A stretch of 64,000 nucleotides of DNA from an uncultured Candidatus Babeliaceae bacterium. GTDB lineage: Bacteria; Babelota; Babeliae; Babelales; Babelaceae. Positions 9,702 to 19,418 of the stretch are shown piece after piece. Positions within the stretch are counted from its first letter, which is position 1; each line of letters opens with the position of its first letter. The notes beneath the pieces were generated by a model. It was not told the origin of the DNA and made no database searches. It saw only the letters and a program-made list of their open reading frames with translations. Where the stretch lies: assembly GCA_963704655.1 (NCBI GenBank), contig OY969927.1, forward strand, positions 544,001-608,000. The letters are read 5' to 3'. Position numbers and translations under genes: made by a program.

Positions 9702-10383
9702 GAATAAACTCCTTTTGCCATAATTTTTTTGCTAACATTTCATAACGATCTGCAACCACCATTAAACTGTCTTCTAAACGACGTACTTTTGCAAGCAACG
9801 TGTAATACAAAACTACAACGGGTATCGCAACTAAAAGGCCCGCTAACGTGGTAATTAACGCTTCGGCAATACCGGGTGCTACCGTGACAATATCTGCAGA
9901 CTGCCGTTCACTGATACGGATAAATGAATGAATAAGGCCCCAAATGGTACCAAATAACCCCAGAAGTGTTGCTATTTCTGATGTCATAGAAAATATAGGA
10001 AGTGTCGCTGTTTCTTTTTTAACTAAATCATCATAGACCGTGTATAATTGTTCAGAAAATTGCTCTTTTTCTTGTTGGGATAATTCAGTTTTTGCAATCA
10101 AGCGTTCTTGTAATAACTCATATGCAGGCATTAAAAAAAGGCCTGAATAGGTATCTTTAAATGTCGAAACAGTAAGCTTGAGTTGATCAAGATTGTTTAC
10201 AGAAGCTAGTGCCGAACGTGTTTGAGAAAGTTGTTTTAGTTTTAAGCGTAACAAAAAATAACGTTGAAAAAAGATTGTCCAACAAATTACTGACAATCCA
10301 AATAAAATCAACAACACTGCTTTACTGATAGTGTCTGATTGAAAAATTAGTTGCGCTACTGCGTTGCCTGAAAATAAACTCAT
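9631..10383 (-). CDS. tolQ: TolQ/ExbB/MotA proton channel
   Basis: LLGLFGTIWG, VAPGIAEALITTLAGLLVAIP. Confidence 0.9.
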   Translation of the reverse strand: MSLFSGNAVAQLIFQSDTISKAVLLILFGLSVICWTIFFQRYFLLRLKLKQLSQTRSALASVNNLDQLKLTVSTFKDTYSGLFLMPAYELLQERLIAKTELSQQEKEQFSEQLYTVYDDLVKKETATLPIFSMTSEIATLLGLFGTIWGLIHSFIRISERQSADIVTVAPGIAEALITTLAGLLVAIPVVVLYYTLLAKVRRLEDSLMVVADRYEMLAKKLWQKEFIHAHTQTSSTEKPDIAAGKPYTSY

Positions 10384-10407
10384 AATTACCCCAATTTAAA
10401 CTTAGTT

Positions 10408-10494
10408 CTCGCTAACCCTTCGACACGCTCAGGATGAGCGAGTCTGGAATTCCACTGCCCGCCGCCGCTCGTGGTGAGCCAAGTCGAACCATGC
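10408..10494. repeat. Two family A repeats in inverted orientation, downstream of cca
   Basis: ctcgctaacccttcgacacgctcaggatgagcgag (10408-10442) and gccgctcgtggtgagccaagtcgaaccatgc (10464-10494). Confidence 0.9.
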
Positions 10495-10505
10495 AAGGCG
10501 CAAAT

Positions 10506-12005
10506 TTATTTTACCATACGTTGCACATAACGTAAAAGAGTTTCTTTTGTAGGATTTTGTTGTTCAATCTGATATTCATATACTTTATCCAAAGCGCGCC
10601 CTAACGCGGGCCCTTCAAAGCCCAAGGGCATAAGATCTGCACCGGTTAGAATCGGTTTTTCTGGCTCGTATAAGACACCGTATTCCTGAGCACGTGCAAT
10701 AAATTCATCGATCGCCGGCAACGGGCCAGACAGGGGTGAATATTTTTCTGGGTTTCTGCCAAGTTTGTCTGCATAGGCAAGTTGCGCAAGTATATATAAA
10801 TTTAAATCTGGCGCCAAAACTCTTGCTAATTTCTTATATGCTTTTGCCGTTGCGTTTTGAGATACGAAATGTCCCGGAGCCATATGATGGCGCACCAACA
10901 GCGCTACCTGATCAATTAATTTTTTGTTTCCCGTTAATCGTTTACATAATGCATGCGTAGGTTCAACTCCAGCAGCATCGTGCCCCAAGCTGCGCAGGCG
11001 ACCATCGATGATACGTGTTGTAGTTACTTTGCCAAGATCATGACATAGTGCCGAATAACATAATAACCGTCTATCTATATTACAATTCCCAATGGTTCGA
11101 CTTTGCTCACCATGAGCGGCTCTTATCTCCCCGCTTGTCTCGAGTGAAAATTCTGGAAGAATTTTAGTATCGAGAGAACAGCGGTATACTGCGCCGTCAA
11201 GTGCTTGCATACTATGCTCAAAAACATCGCCCTCTGGGTGCCAACTTTTTTCTTGTTCAATGCCAACCGTTGCTGCAAGTTCGGGTAAAACCTCTTGCAA
11301 GCGGCCGATATCTTTTAACCAATAAATTCCCAAAGATGGTCGTTTACTAAGCATGATTAATTTATCAAACTCAGCATGAATACGTTCAACTGAAATAGCA
11401 GAGATATCCATAGATTTACACACAGCATCAAGCTCATGATTTGGCCGCATTTCAAAGCGGGCAATAAACTGCATAACACGGTAAAAACGTAACGGATCCT
11501 GCACAAAAAAATGGGCATCGGGTGTTGCAAGAACTTTATTTTTTAAATCGGTATATCCACCAAATGGGTCGATTAATTCACCCGTTGCAAGATCTACCGC
11601 CATAGCGTTCATCGTCAAATCACGCCGCTTGAGCGCCTCAGTTATATTCATGGTTGGATCAACTTCAACAACCGGTTTTCTGCCAGAAGAATCACGGCGC
11701 GGAAGGGACCAATCAACGGGTAATGAACCAATGTTTACATTACTCACGCGAAAAACGCCAAAACTTTTCCCATCATAATGAACGGACCCGAATGTAGCCA
11801 ATATTTTTTCTAGCTGGTCACTGGTTATTCCATGAACTTCAATATCAAGATCATGTATCGGTAATTTTAAAAGAAAGTCACGCACAACACCACCAACAGC
11901 ATAAACCCGCGCATTATGTTGCAACAAACAATTGACAATATCGGTAATTATGGGCGAAACTCTTGTGGATACCGATGATAACAATAAGGATTTTTCTATG
12001 AACAT
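10506..12005 (-). CDS. cca: CCA tRNA nucleotidyltransferase with HD domain
   Basis: VGGVVRD, DLDIEV, RRDLTMNAMA, DPLRFYR, HPEGDVFEH, HDLGK. Exact start uncertain. Confidence 0.92.
   Translation of the reverse strand: MFIEKSLLLSSVSTRVSPIITDIVNCLLQHNARVYAVGGVVRDFLLKLPIHDLDIEVHGITSDQLEKILATFGSVHYDGKSFGVFRVSNVNIGSLPVDWSLPRRDSSGRKPVVEVDPTMNITEALKRRDLTMNAMAVDLATGELIDPFGGYTDLKNKVLATPDAHFFVQDPLRFYRVMQFIARFEMRPNHELDAVCKSMDISAISVERIHAEFDKLIMLSKRPSLGIYWLKDIGRLQEVLPELAATVGIEQEKSWHPEGDVFEHSMQALDGAVYRCSLDTKILPEFSLETSGEIRAAHGEQSRTIGNCNIDRRLLCYSALCHDLGKVTTTRIIDGRLRSLGHDAAGVEPTHALCKRLTGNKKLIDQVALLVRHHMAPGHFVSQNATAKAYKKLARVLAPDLNLYILAQLAYADKLGRNPEKYSPLSGPLPAIDEFIARAQEYGVLYEPEKPILTGADLMPLGFEGPALGRALDKVYEYQIEQQNPTKETLLRYVQRMVK
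11092..11184. repeat. Compound family A element, in frame inside the cca HD domain
   Basis: atggttcgactttgctcaccatgagcggc followed by an inverted long variant ccgcttgtctcgag-aaaattct/agaatttt-tcgag..agcgg. Confidence 0.8.
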
Positions 12006-12747
12006 ATATATAGCTATGGTTAGTATGGGGTGCTTTTTTTCTGCCTACGCATGGGAACTTACCGACATGCTGCCGGCGTCAATATTTCCACGCCATGAGT
12101 CTATTGTATCTCATGAATTTATTAAAGTAACAGAGCCTATCTCCTTTATGGTAACACAACAGCAGGGCATAGTTAAAGTAAAAGGGTGGGACAAAGAATC
12201 GGTCTCGATAGAGATCACCCAAAAAGGCACAAAAGAGGCCCTTGATAATACCGTTGTTACCGTAAATAAAGAAAAGCTACCCAAAGAAATTTCATGCACG
12301 GTAAGCCGCAAAGATGAAGGAAAATCATTAGCGCAGGTGACCATTAAAGCAAGCGTGCCCTTTAGTTGCGACCTGACGGTGCAATCACACAAAGGTCTTG
12401 TCAGAACAAAAAATCTGACACGCGCACAATCAATTTATGCTGATGATGGAAACGTTGAAGTGGTGCTCAATAAATTCTCAGTTGAAAGTTCACTTTTTAT
12501 TCATAACAAAAAAGGTTCTATCACCATTGAGGCACCCAAAAAAATTCAGGCACAACTTGCAGCATCAACATTACGCGGCACTATCACTTCTGAACTTTTT
12601 ATAACATTACAACCACACACCACGTTACTTGACAAAGACTATTGGCAACGGGTTAAAAAAGAAGTAAACGGATTTCTTGGCGACGGCGGCGCACCGATTA
12701 CCATCGAAGCTGAATATGGCGATATTAAGTTAGTCGCCAAAAAATAG
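11998..12747 (+). CDS. DUF4097/putative adhesin-like beta-strand repeat protein
   Basis: Signal peptide, G.V.VKGWDKESV.IE, ST..G.I, and C-terminal G.GGAPI.IE...GDI. Likely ATG at 11998. Confidence 0.7.
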   Translation: MNIYIAMVSMGCFFSAYAWELTDMLPASIFPRHESIVSHEFIKVTEPISFMVTQQQGIVKVKGWDKESVSIEITQKGTKEALDNTVVTVNKEKLPKEISCTVSRKDEGKSLAQVTIKASVPFSCDLTVQSHKGLVRTKNLTRAQSIYADDGNVEVVLNKFSVESSLFIHNKKGSITIEAPKKIQAQLAASTLRGTITSELFITLQPHTTLLDKDYWQRVKKEVNGFLGDGGAPITIEAEYGDIKLVAKK

Positions 12748-12758
12748 GATATTTTTTT

Positions 12759-14144
12759 ATGTTTCAAAGATATATGCTCTTTATCTTTTTAACACAAGCA
12801 CTGTACGCAGAAATTATTATCCGCCCTGCGCTAGAAGGTGATTTAGAAAACGTGATGCAGCTTGATCGTGAAATATCATGGGAATATTTTAAGCCGCTTT
12901 TTTTAGAGTATACCGGCTTGCCCTTGGCTGAAAACCCAGATACACTTCTTGAGGAAGATCTTGTCCCTGATCGTGAAATGTTTATTCATGCAATCAAGAA
13001 TACATGGTTATATATTGCTTGTGAGAATACAAAGATTATTGGGTTTATAGCTTTCAGTAGAGAACAAGCAACAGTTAATATCGATTTATTATTAGTGCAC
13101 AAAGATTATCGTAATAAAAAAGTTGGAAAGGGCTTGCTTAATACCGCACTTACTGCTTTTAACGATATAGAAACATGCACGTTAATTGTGTTAGATAAAA
13201 ATATCTCTGCACGCAAATTATATGAATCATACGGCTTTGTTCTACAAGAAATGCCCAACGATATCAAACAGCATTTTCCTGCGGAATATAATTATATTTA
13301 TCTTTTTTATACACTCAAACTACGTAAGCATAAGGCAGCTGCTCAAAGTCTAGAAGCCTATGAATATTGGCTTAACCAATTTGAAGGGGCGCGCTGTGAA
13401 AAGTCACCAACCATGACGTTTTGGCGCTCACCTATTAAAGATCCCGCACTTAATATAGTTACTCGATACACACCTGATGACCCAACAAAAATATCTTCAG
13501 ATATTGATGCTATCGCTTCTTGGGCGCGCACGAACCATACCCCCATCTCATGGATATTAGAGGAAAATATATATAAAAAAGATATCGAACAACATTTACA
13601 AAAACATGGCTTTACCCATGTACCATTAATGCTCATGGTACATGAATTACAACAAATACCAGACGCCGTATCTGATACAATAAAATGTATTTCGTCTGAA
13701 GATCTGCCAAATTGGCTGGAAGCATTTAATGACGCTTTTGGTGAATTATCACAAGCGTTAAAATCTGTTATGGAGTCTGATCTCATAAAACCAAATAAAG
13801 AGCCTTATAGCGAACATTATGGAGGATATCTCAATAACAAGTTGGTAACTACCGGCTCACTATTTATTACGCCAAATTATGCTGAGCTATCTGATATTGG
13901 CACCAGAAAAGAGGCACGCAATAAAGGCATGGCAACCATAATGGTAGTAACGCTATTAAACCGCGCCAAAAAATTGCAGGTTCCCTATGTCATTCTTACA
14001 GCAGAACAAGAAGCGCAAAATATTTATAAAAAAGCAGGCTTTGTCCCCGTCGCACGAGCAGATCGTTATATTTTAGAAAAGGAAAATAATGAGACTGATC
14101 AGATCACTCATAGCCATCTTATACATAAACGTTATCACGCTTAA
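12759..14144 (+). CDS. Multi-domain GNAT acetyltransferase
   Basis: Two acetyl-CoA motifs (VHKDYRNKKVGKGLL and TRKEARNKGMAT..YKKAGF). Confidence 0.85.
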   Translation: MFQRYMLFIFLTQALYAEIIIRPALEGDLENVMQLDREISWEYFKPLFLEYTGLPLAENPDTLLEEDLVPDREMFIHAIKNTWLYIACENTKIIGFIAFSREQATVNIDLLLVHKDYRNKKVGKGLLNTALTAFNDIETCTLIVLDKNISARKLYESYGFVLQEMPNDIKQHFPAEYNYIYLFYTLKLRKHKAAAQSLEAYEYWLNQFEGARCEKSPTMTFWRSPIKDPALNIVTRYTPDDPTKISSDIDAIASWARTNHTPISWILEENIYKKDIEQHLQKHGFTHVPLMLMVHELQQIPDAVSDTIKCISSEDLPNWLEAFNDAFGELSQALKSVMESDLIKPNKEPYSEHYGGYLNNKLVTTGSLFITPNYAELSDIGTRKEARNKGMATIMVVTLLNRAKKLQVPYVILTAEQEAQNIYKKAGFVPVARADRYILEKENNETDQITHSHLIHKRYHA

Positions 14145-15357
14145 TGCGCAGTGGGATATTCTGTATTACTTTGATTCATCAGATGGATTAAGCCAAGCTG
14201 CTATAAAAAATATTACTGATCTTGTACGCGGTTATAATCAAAACCCAGACAAACAGGAACTGAACATCTATATTCAGCTTCACTGTCTTGATCAAGATGG
14301 GCCCATTGGTAAAGAAGCATTTCGTTATCGCGTTACCTCACAAGGCTTGGTTGTGTGTGACTCTGCACAATTAAGTTATGATTGCACACAAGATCTTATT
14401 GATGCTGCACGCTGGGCTTTTGAAAACAGTGCGCCTACTTCTCACACGATGATTATTTTTAGCAATCATGGCGGCGGCATTATCGACCCAATTTGGCATG
14501 AAACTGAATGTGGTGGCCATTGGGACGCGCAAGAGGACGCCCTTATGACAATGCATAAAAGCAAGAAAATTAACCGCCGGCACTATAAAGCGCTTATGAT
14601 GATGCGAGAACCACGGGTTTATTTAAGCATCGATGAACTTAATAAAGCGCTTGCAGTCATTACGCAAGAAATTCTCCCTCAAAAAAAGTTTGATATTATT
14701 GGCATGGACATGTGCTTAATGTCGATACTTGAAGTTATGTGGCACATTGCACCCTATGGAAAGTTTTATATAGCCTCTCAAGAAGCATCATCAAGTTACG
14801 GATGGGATTATTATCAGCTTTTTAAAAATATAACCGATACTATGCAAGCAAAAGATCTTGCAGATACTATTGTAACGACGTATGATCAATTTTATTCTGC
14901 ATTAGGCAGCGATGAACACACGCTTGCAGTTGTCGACCTTACTAAGATCGATACGGTGAAAAACAGCTTTGAAAAAGTTTGTGAAAGCTTACAAGAGTGC
15001 ATTACTATGCATGGTAATGCCCTGGTACAAGATATAAAAATTTTGCGGCCACAACTGTACTGTTTCCATTTAGTGCCAATGTACACGGACCTGCACCAAT
15101 TTTATTCGCGTCTAGAAAAACTTTTAGCTGAGTATGAGCAAACTGCTGAAAAAGATCTTTTAATTACTCGCATTAAGCATGCTAAAAATGCTATTGAACA
15201 ATCAGTATTAACACGATGCGCTGGTAGTAAACGTTCTGAAACGCGTGGGCTTTCGGTCTATTTTCCGCTTTCGCACATGGACACTTCGTATCCACCATCG
15301 CTATTTGCGCAAAGCTCACGTTGGCCAGAAATAATTACGAGTATTATACAGATTTAA
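14089..15357 (+). CDS. Clostripain-family (C11) cysteine peptidase
   Basis: NHGGG (catalytic His), DMCLM (catalytic Cys), ASQE..GWDY, GLSVYFP, signal peptide. Confidence 0.85.
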   Translation: MRLIRSLIAILYINVITLNAQWDILYYFDSSDGLSQAAIKNITDLVRGYNQNPDKQELNIYIQLHCLDQDGPIGKEAFRYRVTSQGLVVCDSAQLSYDCTQDLIDAARWAFENSAPTSHTMIIFSNHGGGIIDPIWHETECGGHWDAQEDALMTMHKSKKINRRHYKALMMMREPRVYLSIDELNKALAVITQEILPQKKFDIIGMDMCLMSILEVMWHIAPYGKFYIASQEASSSYGWDYYQLFKNITDTMQAKDLADTIVTTYDQFYSALGSDEHTLAVVDLTKIDTVKNSFEKVCESLQECITMHGNALVQDIKILRPQLYCFHLVPMYTDLHQFYSRLEKLLAEYEQTAEKDLLITRIKHAKNAIEQSVLTRCAGSKRSETRGLSVYFPLSHMDTSYPPSLFAQSSRWPEIITSIIQI

Positions 15358-15839
15358 CGTGAAGCACCCTCTAAGTGCTTTTTTGCGAATTTTTTAAGTC
15401 GTTTTTCAAACTGAGTAACCCTACATTTTTTCACATTACCAACCCATTGGTATATAGTATCATAAACATCTCTATACTCTGCATCATTTTCAGAAGTTGG
15501 GTCTTGTTCGATCATATACTTAAGAGCACCTTTAAATATTGCTTTTGAAGTTGCAGAAAGGTTGTCGGGCGACCCACCAGTTATAGAAGAGGAGATATAT
15601 TCATGCCAAGCCCAATCGGCAAGCTCCTTTTGTATTATATGAAAAGTGTCTGGAAAATGTAACGCATAAAGATAATCTGCTAATATCTCTCTATTATGAT
15701 GATGACCATTCATATGCTCACGGATATAGAATTTGTATGCGGGGATTAATACTTTATAATCATGCTTTGCATAACTGCATTCAAATGCTATAAAAACAAA
15801 AGTCGCAAAAACTAATTTGTTTATATTCATAACATTCAC
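15354..15839 (-). CDS. Small secreted hypothetical protein, tandem paralog 1 of 3
   Basis: Signal peptide; DYKVLIPAY..N.EILADY..FKGAL..MI..DPT. Confidence 0.75.
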   Translation of the reverse strand: MNVMNINKLVFATFVFIAFECSYAKHDYKVLIPAYKFYIREHMNGHHHNREILADYLYALHFPDTFHIIQKELADWAWHEYISSSITGGSPDNLSATSKAIFKGALKYMIEQDPTSENDAEYRDVYDTIYQWVGNVKKCRVTQFEKRLKKFAKKHLEGASR

Positions 15840-15842
15840 ATA

Positions 15843-16322
15843 TTAAAGATGGGCCCGCGCACAAGCAAACGCAAAAATACGCGCCTTCACCCCTTGTAAT
15901 GCTTCAACAGAAACAGGGCCAATATTTTGCAATCTCTCATTAATAATTTTTTGATATAAACTAGCTGTTGATCTGGTTGGATCTTCGTCAATCATAGTCT
16001 GTAAAGCCTCCTTAAATACCGCATTTGCATCAGGGGTAAAATAATTTTTGGGATAATCAATCTGAGCATAACATGCCAAGCGTACATTTTGAAAATTTTC
16101 TCGTCGACGCTTATCTCCATCCAACGCTTTAACCAGCACATAACGGGCTAAAACCACTTCGTTATCGCGGCTCTTTTGGTCACTGCAGCTGCGAGTCAAA
16201 ATTTCTAGGTATGCAGGAACTACCATTTTATAATCAACTTTATCGGGAGACATTGCATAAGTATTTTGATTTAAAAGAGCAATAACGCCAAACAATATCG
16301 TATATAATGTATTAATTTTCAT
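15843..16322 (-). CDS. Small secreted hypothetical protein, tandem paralog 2 of 3
   Basis: Signal peptide; DYKMVVPAY..NEVVLARY..FKEAL..MI..DPT. Confidence 0.75.
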   Translation of the reverse strand: MKINTLYTILFGVIALLNQNTYAMSPDKVDYKMVVPAYLEILTRSCSDQKSRDNEVVLARYVLVKALDGDKRRRENFQNVRLACYAQIDYPKNYFTPDANAVFKEALQTMIDEDPTRSTASLYQKIINERLQNIGPVSVEALQGVKARIFAFACARAHL

Positions 16323-16341
16323 AGATTCAGTCTATATTTTT

Positions 16342-16869
16342 TTAAAGATTTTCTAACAATATTAAAGATTTCCCGAATAATGTAATTCTATTTTTAATAC
16401 CATCTAATTCAGCCTCAGGAACAGGCGGAAATTCACTATATATTTGATCGAGTAAACTTGCATAGCAACTCGTATCCAAATCGTCATCACAGTTATTAAG
16501 AGCTTGTTGTAAAGCAACTTTAAGTACAGAACCTGTAGTAACTGAAAATTTCGGTACCACATCCCCATTTCCATCAGCAACATGTTCGCAAAGAGCACTG
16601 TATGCATTAGCTTTGTGCATGCAAGCGCTCTTATGCGGCACATTCAAAGCCAAAAAATAGCGCGCTAAAATTACTTCATTAAAAGCTTTATCACGAGTAA
16701 GTTTCTTATCCTTTGTCACATACTTTATATATACAGGGACAACCGTTGCATAATCAATCTCAAATAAGTTTTCTGCATAATCAATCTCAAATAAGTTTTC
16801 TGTTGAATGGCTCGGATTAACAAAGAGTAAACCCGCTAGAAACACAATAAATACTCTACTATTATTCAT
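16342..16869 (-). CDS. Small secreted hypothetical protein, tandem paralog 3 of 3
   Basis: Signal peptide; DYATVVPVY..NEVILARY..LKVAL. Confidence 0.75.
   Translation of the reverse strand: MNNSRVFIVFLAGLLFVNPSHSTENLFEIDYAENLFEIDYATVVPVYIKYVTKDKKLTRDKAFNEVILARYFLALNVPHKSACMHKANAYSALCEHVADGNGDVVPKFSVTTGSVLKVALQQALNNCDDDLDTSCYASLLDQIYSEFPPVPEAELDGIKNRITLFGKSLILLENL
16747..16802. repeat. Perfect 27-bp in-frame tandem duplication (ENLFEIDYA x2)
   Basis: tgcataatcaatctcaaataagttttc occurs twice back to back. Confidence 0.95.
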
Positions 16870-17048
16870 AGCTATATAACTTTTTTTTTAATTTAAAAAA
16901 TCACCATTTTTATCTTAATAAACTATACAAACTATAAAAACAAAGTCAAACAAGCCATTCTGCAAGCATGGCTTGCTTACCGAATAAAAAATTTCTATAG
17001 TAACCAAAGAGAGTTTAACAATTTTTTTATAAAAACGGAGAAATAACC

Positions 17049-17825
17049 ATGTTAAAAAAATATATAAGTGTCATGCTTCTTATGGGTACATTTTTACGCG
17101 CTAGTGAATGTCCACAACTTGCACCTTATTGCCAAAGTATCGAATGCCTAACGCAAGAAGAGTTGGAAGCAGTAAGAGCCTGCAGCAAAACATATAACAA
17201 CTTGGTAGTAACCAATGCATTACGCACCAGTAACCTGAATGTCACGTCTGCATCAACGCTAAACGGCTCTGCAACGGTAAATGGCACGCTTAATGTTAAT
17301 GGCACATTATTGGTAGATGGCTTAGATGTTGTAGCAGGGCTCCCTTCATTTGGAAGCTTTGTTAATGTTGACCCAGTACCTGCCGAAAATATTAATGCAA
17401 CAGTTTTATGGTCAACAGACAGCGGCGATACCACACTTGCAAACCCTTCAAACAAAGGTTTTGTCATAACGTCTACAGGGAGTGGCTTAATCAATGTTCA
17501 AAACACAGGAATCTTTTTATACAACTTTGGCGTTGTTCTTTCTGGAGTAGCGTCTCCAGATACACCGCAAGTTGCTACGGCTCAGCTTCTTCTTAACGGC
17601 TCACCAATTGTCATCCCTGTTGCGGCAGTAAGCAGTTTCACTATACCTGTAAACCCATCCCCCGACCTTACACCACAGCCATATGAATTAACAAGCTCAG
17701 GGCTCATTAACATCATGTCACTACCTGCAACACTAGCTTTAAGTATAAACTTAACACCTAGTTGGGAAATGCCAGAAAATGGCGATAGCGGAAATGCTTA
17801 CATAACGCTTATCCAAGTAAAATAA
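17049..17825 (+). CDS. Hypothetical exported beta-rich protein (fibre-like region plus possible BclA/C1q-like C-terminus)
   Basis: GGAG Shine-Dalgarno, signal peptide, short NG-T/S-L/A-xV repeats, G.FLYNFGV and AYITLIQV terminal strands. Confidence 0.6.
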   Translation: MLKKYISVMLLMGTFLRASECPQLAPYCQSIECLTQEELEAVRACSKTYNNLVVTNALRTSNLNVTSASTLNGSATVNGTLNVNGTLLVDGLDVVAGLPSFGSFVNVDPVPAENINATVLWSTDSGDTTLANPSNKGFVITSTGSGLINVQNTGIFLYNFGVVLSGVASPDTPQVATAQLLLNGSPIVIPVAAVSSFTIPVNPSPDLTPQPYELTSSGLINIMSLPATLALSINLTPSWEMPENGDSGNAYITLIQVK

Positions 17826-17836
17826 TTCTCTCAAAA

Positions 17837-17865
17837 AAAAGCCCTGTATTTTCTACAGGGCTTTT
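17837..17865. terminator. Bidirectional intrinsic terminator
   Basis: aaaagccctgta-ttttc-tacagggctttt between convergent genes. Confidence 0.85.
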
Positions 17866-17885
17866 AAGTCTTACTATCCCATTTT

Positions 17886-18587
17886 TCATTCGTAAGTACC
17901 AGTATCAACAACAGCATCGGTATTACTCAACATTCTTGTAAAAAGAGCAGCTTTAACAACAGAATAGGCTGACCATGGGTGTACATCCATGCAATTTGAA
18001 GGTGGCCACTTTGTATGGGTATATCCCAATAACTCGGGCAATGTTTGAGGATGTGCTTCTTGAATCCACTTATGATTGTCACATTCAAGCATTTTACTCA
18101 AAATGAACAGATCCCGTACCCGAGTCTTTTCTAATAGGTCCCTATCTATTTTATCTATCCCACCACCGAAATCAATTAATGCATCTTCTAGTGCCCCAAT
18201 GCCTGAAACAAAAATGCGCAGGAGATCCTGTGGATTATGTTCTCGTATTGGCCTGTCTGATGTATAAGTAGCACTAAAATAAGACTTATCATACAAGAAA
18301 CTACTTGCAACTATATGCATATTATCACTCATATTCTGACGTCTAGCTACGTTATTAAAAGTATTTTCTCGTGTGATCTCACCATACCGCATCTTTAATA
18401 AAATCCAACGCCCACCTGAAATATAGGGAAATGACTTAAGAAGCGGATCTTTAAAAAAGCCATTTTCATTAATCTCTTGAAATATATCATTTGAGTAAGC
18501 ATCTACAATGCCATGCATACCATAAATATATATAGGCGAACATATAAAAAACAATTTTACTAAGAAAATAAGATTAATTTTTTTCAC
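17886..18587 (-). CDS. Hypothetical secreted protein (paralog of 18659-19405)
   Basis: Shared GIGALED, EKTRV.DL, LPELL..TH..WPP and DVHP.SAY.VVK.AL motifs. Likely GTG start at 18587. Confidence 0.75.
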   Translation of the reverse strand: MKKINLIFLVKLFFICSPIYIYGMHGIVDAYSNDIFQEINENGFFKDPLLKSFPYISGGRWILLKMRYGEITRENTFNNVARRQNMSDNMHIVASSFLYDKSYFSATYTSDRPIREHNPQDLLRIFVSGIGALEDALIDFGGGIDKIDRDLLEKTRVRDLFILSKMLECDNHKWIQEAHPQTLPELLGYTHTKWPPSNCMDVHPWSAYSVVKAALFTRMLSNTDAVVDTGTYE

Positions 18588-18658
18588 ACAAGTTTCCCCC
18601 AAAAAGTAATTTCTTTATAAGGAACATATATCCGCTTTCACCGCCGCCTTGATATACT

Positions 18659-19405
18659 CTACTTTGCTTGATGCGAAATTTCTACGCTCCACTTCTCACT
18701 ATAATTGCTCATATCAATATCATCAACCTTCTGAGCTTTTCTTTTTGCAAGAGCCTCTTTAACAACGGTATATGCTGATTTTGGATGCACATCGTTCTTA
18801 CAACTTAAGGGCGGCCAGTTTGCATGCGTAGCATATAATAATTCTGGCAATGAATCTGGATCAGCACCGTTAATATCTGGCATATTATCATTTTCAAGTG
18901 CTGTTCTTAAAAGATACAAATCACACACGCGAGTTTTTTCCATGTTCTGCTTTATTGTTTTAGCCATATTATTACCTGTATGAATAAATACATCTTCTAG
19001 CGCTCCTATTCCTGCAGTGAACGTGCGCAGAAAATGTATGAGGTTATCAAACGAAACACCTCTTTTTGATGTATATATATTAACATCATAGGTTCTATTA
19101 TAACTATTTACAACCAAACGCACATCATCGCTATTCACCCGCCTATTAACATGATCATAAGCAAACATATTTTCTCTTAAAATTTCATCAGCACGCTTTC
19201 TTATTAAAAATAATCGTCCCCACTGAGTTTCTACAAGCATATTTGTAAGATAGTCATCCGTAAACCCGTCACGTTCGATTTCCGAGAACATATCCTTTAC
19301 TTGTCCCGCGGCAGGATTTTCCATGCCATGCATAAAGACCGGCGAACATATAAAAAAAAGTTTTGATAAGAAAATAAGATTATTTTTTTTCATGATAAAT
19401 TCCAA
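18659..19405 (-). CDS. Hypothetical secreted protein (paralog of 17886-18587)
   Basis: Same motifs and a near-identical leader KK.NLIFL.KLFFICSP. Confidence 0.75.
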   Translation of the reverse strand: MEFIMKKNNLIFLSKLFFICSPVFMHGMENPAAGQVKDMFSEIERDGFTDDYLTNMLVETQWGRLFLIRKRADEILRENMFAYDHVNRRVNSDDVRLVVNSYNRTYDVNIYTSKRGVSFDNLIHFLRTFTAGIGALEDVFIHTGNNMAKTIKQNMEKTRVCDLYLLRTALENDNMPDINGADPDSLPELLYATHANWPPLSCKNDVHPKSAYTVVKEALAKRKAQKVDDIDMSNYSEKWSVEISHQAK

Positions 19406-19418
19406 GTTGAAAATTTAC

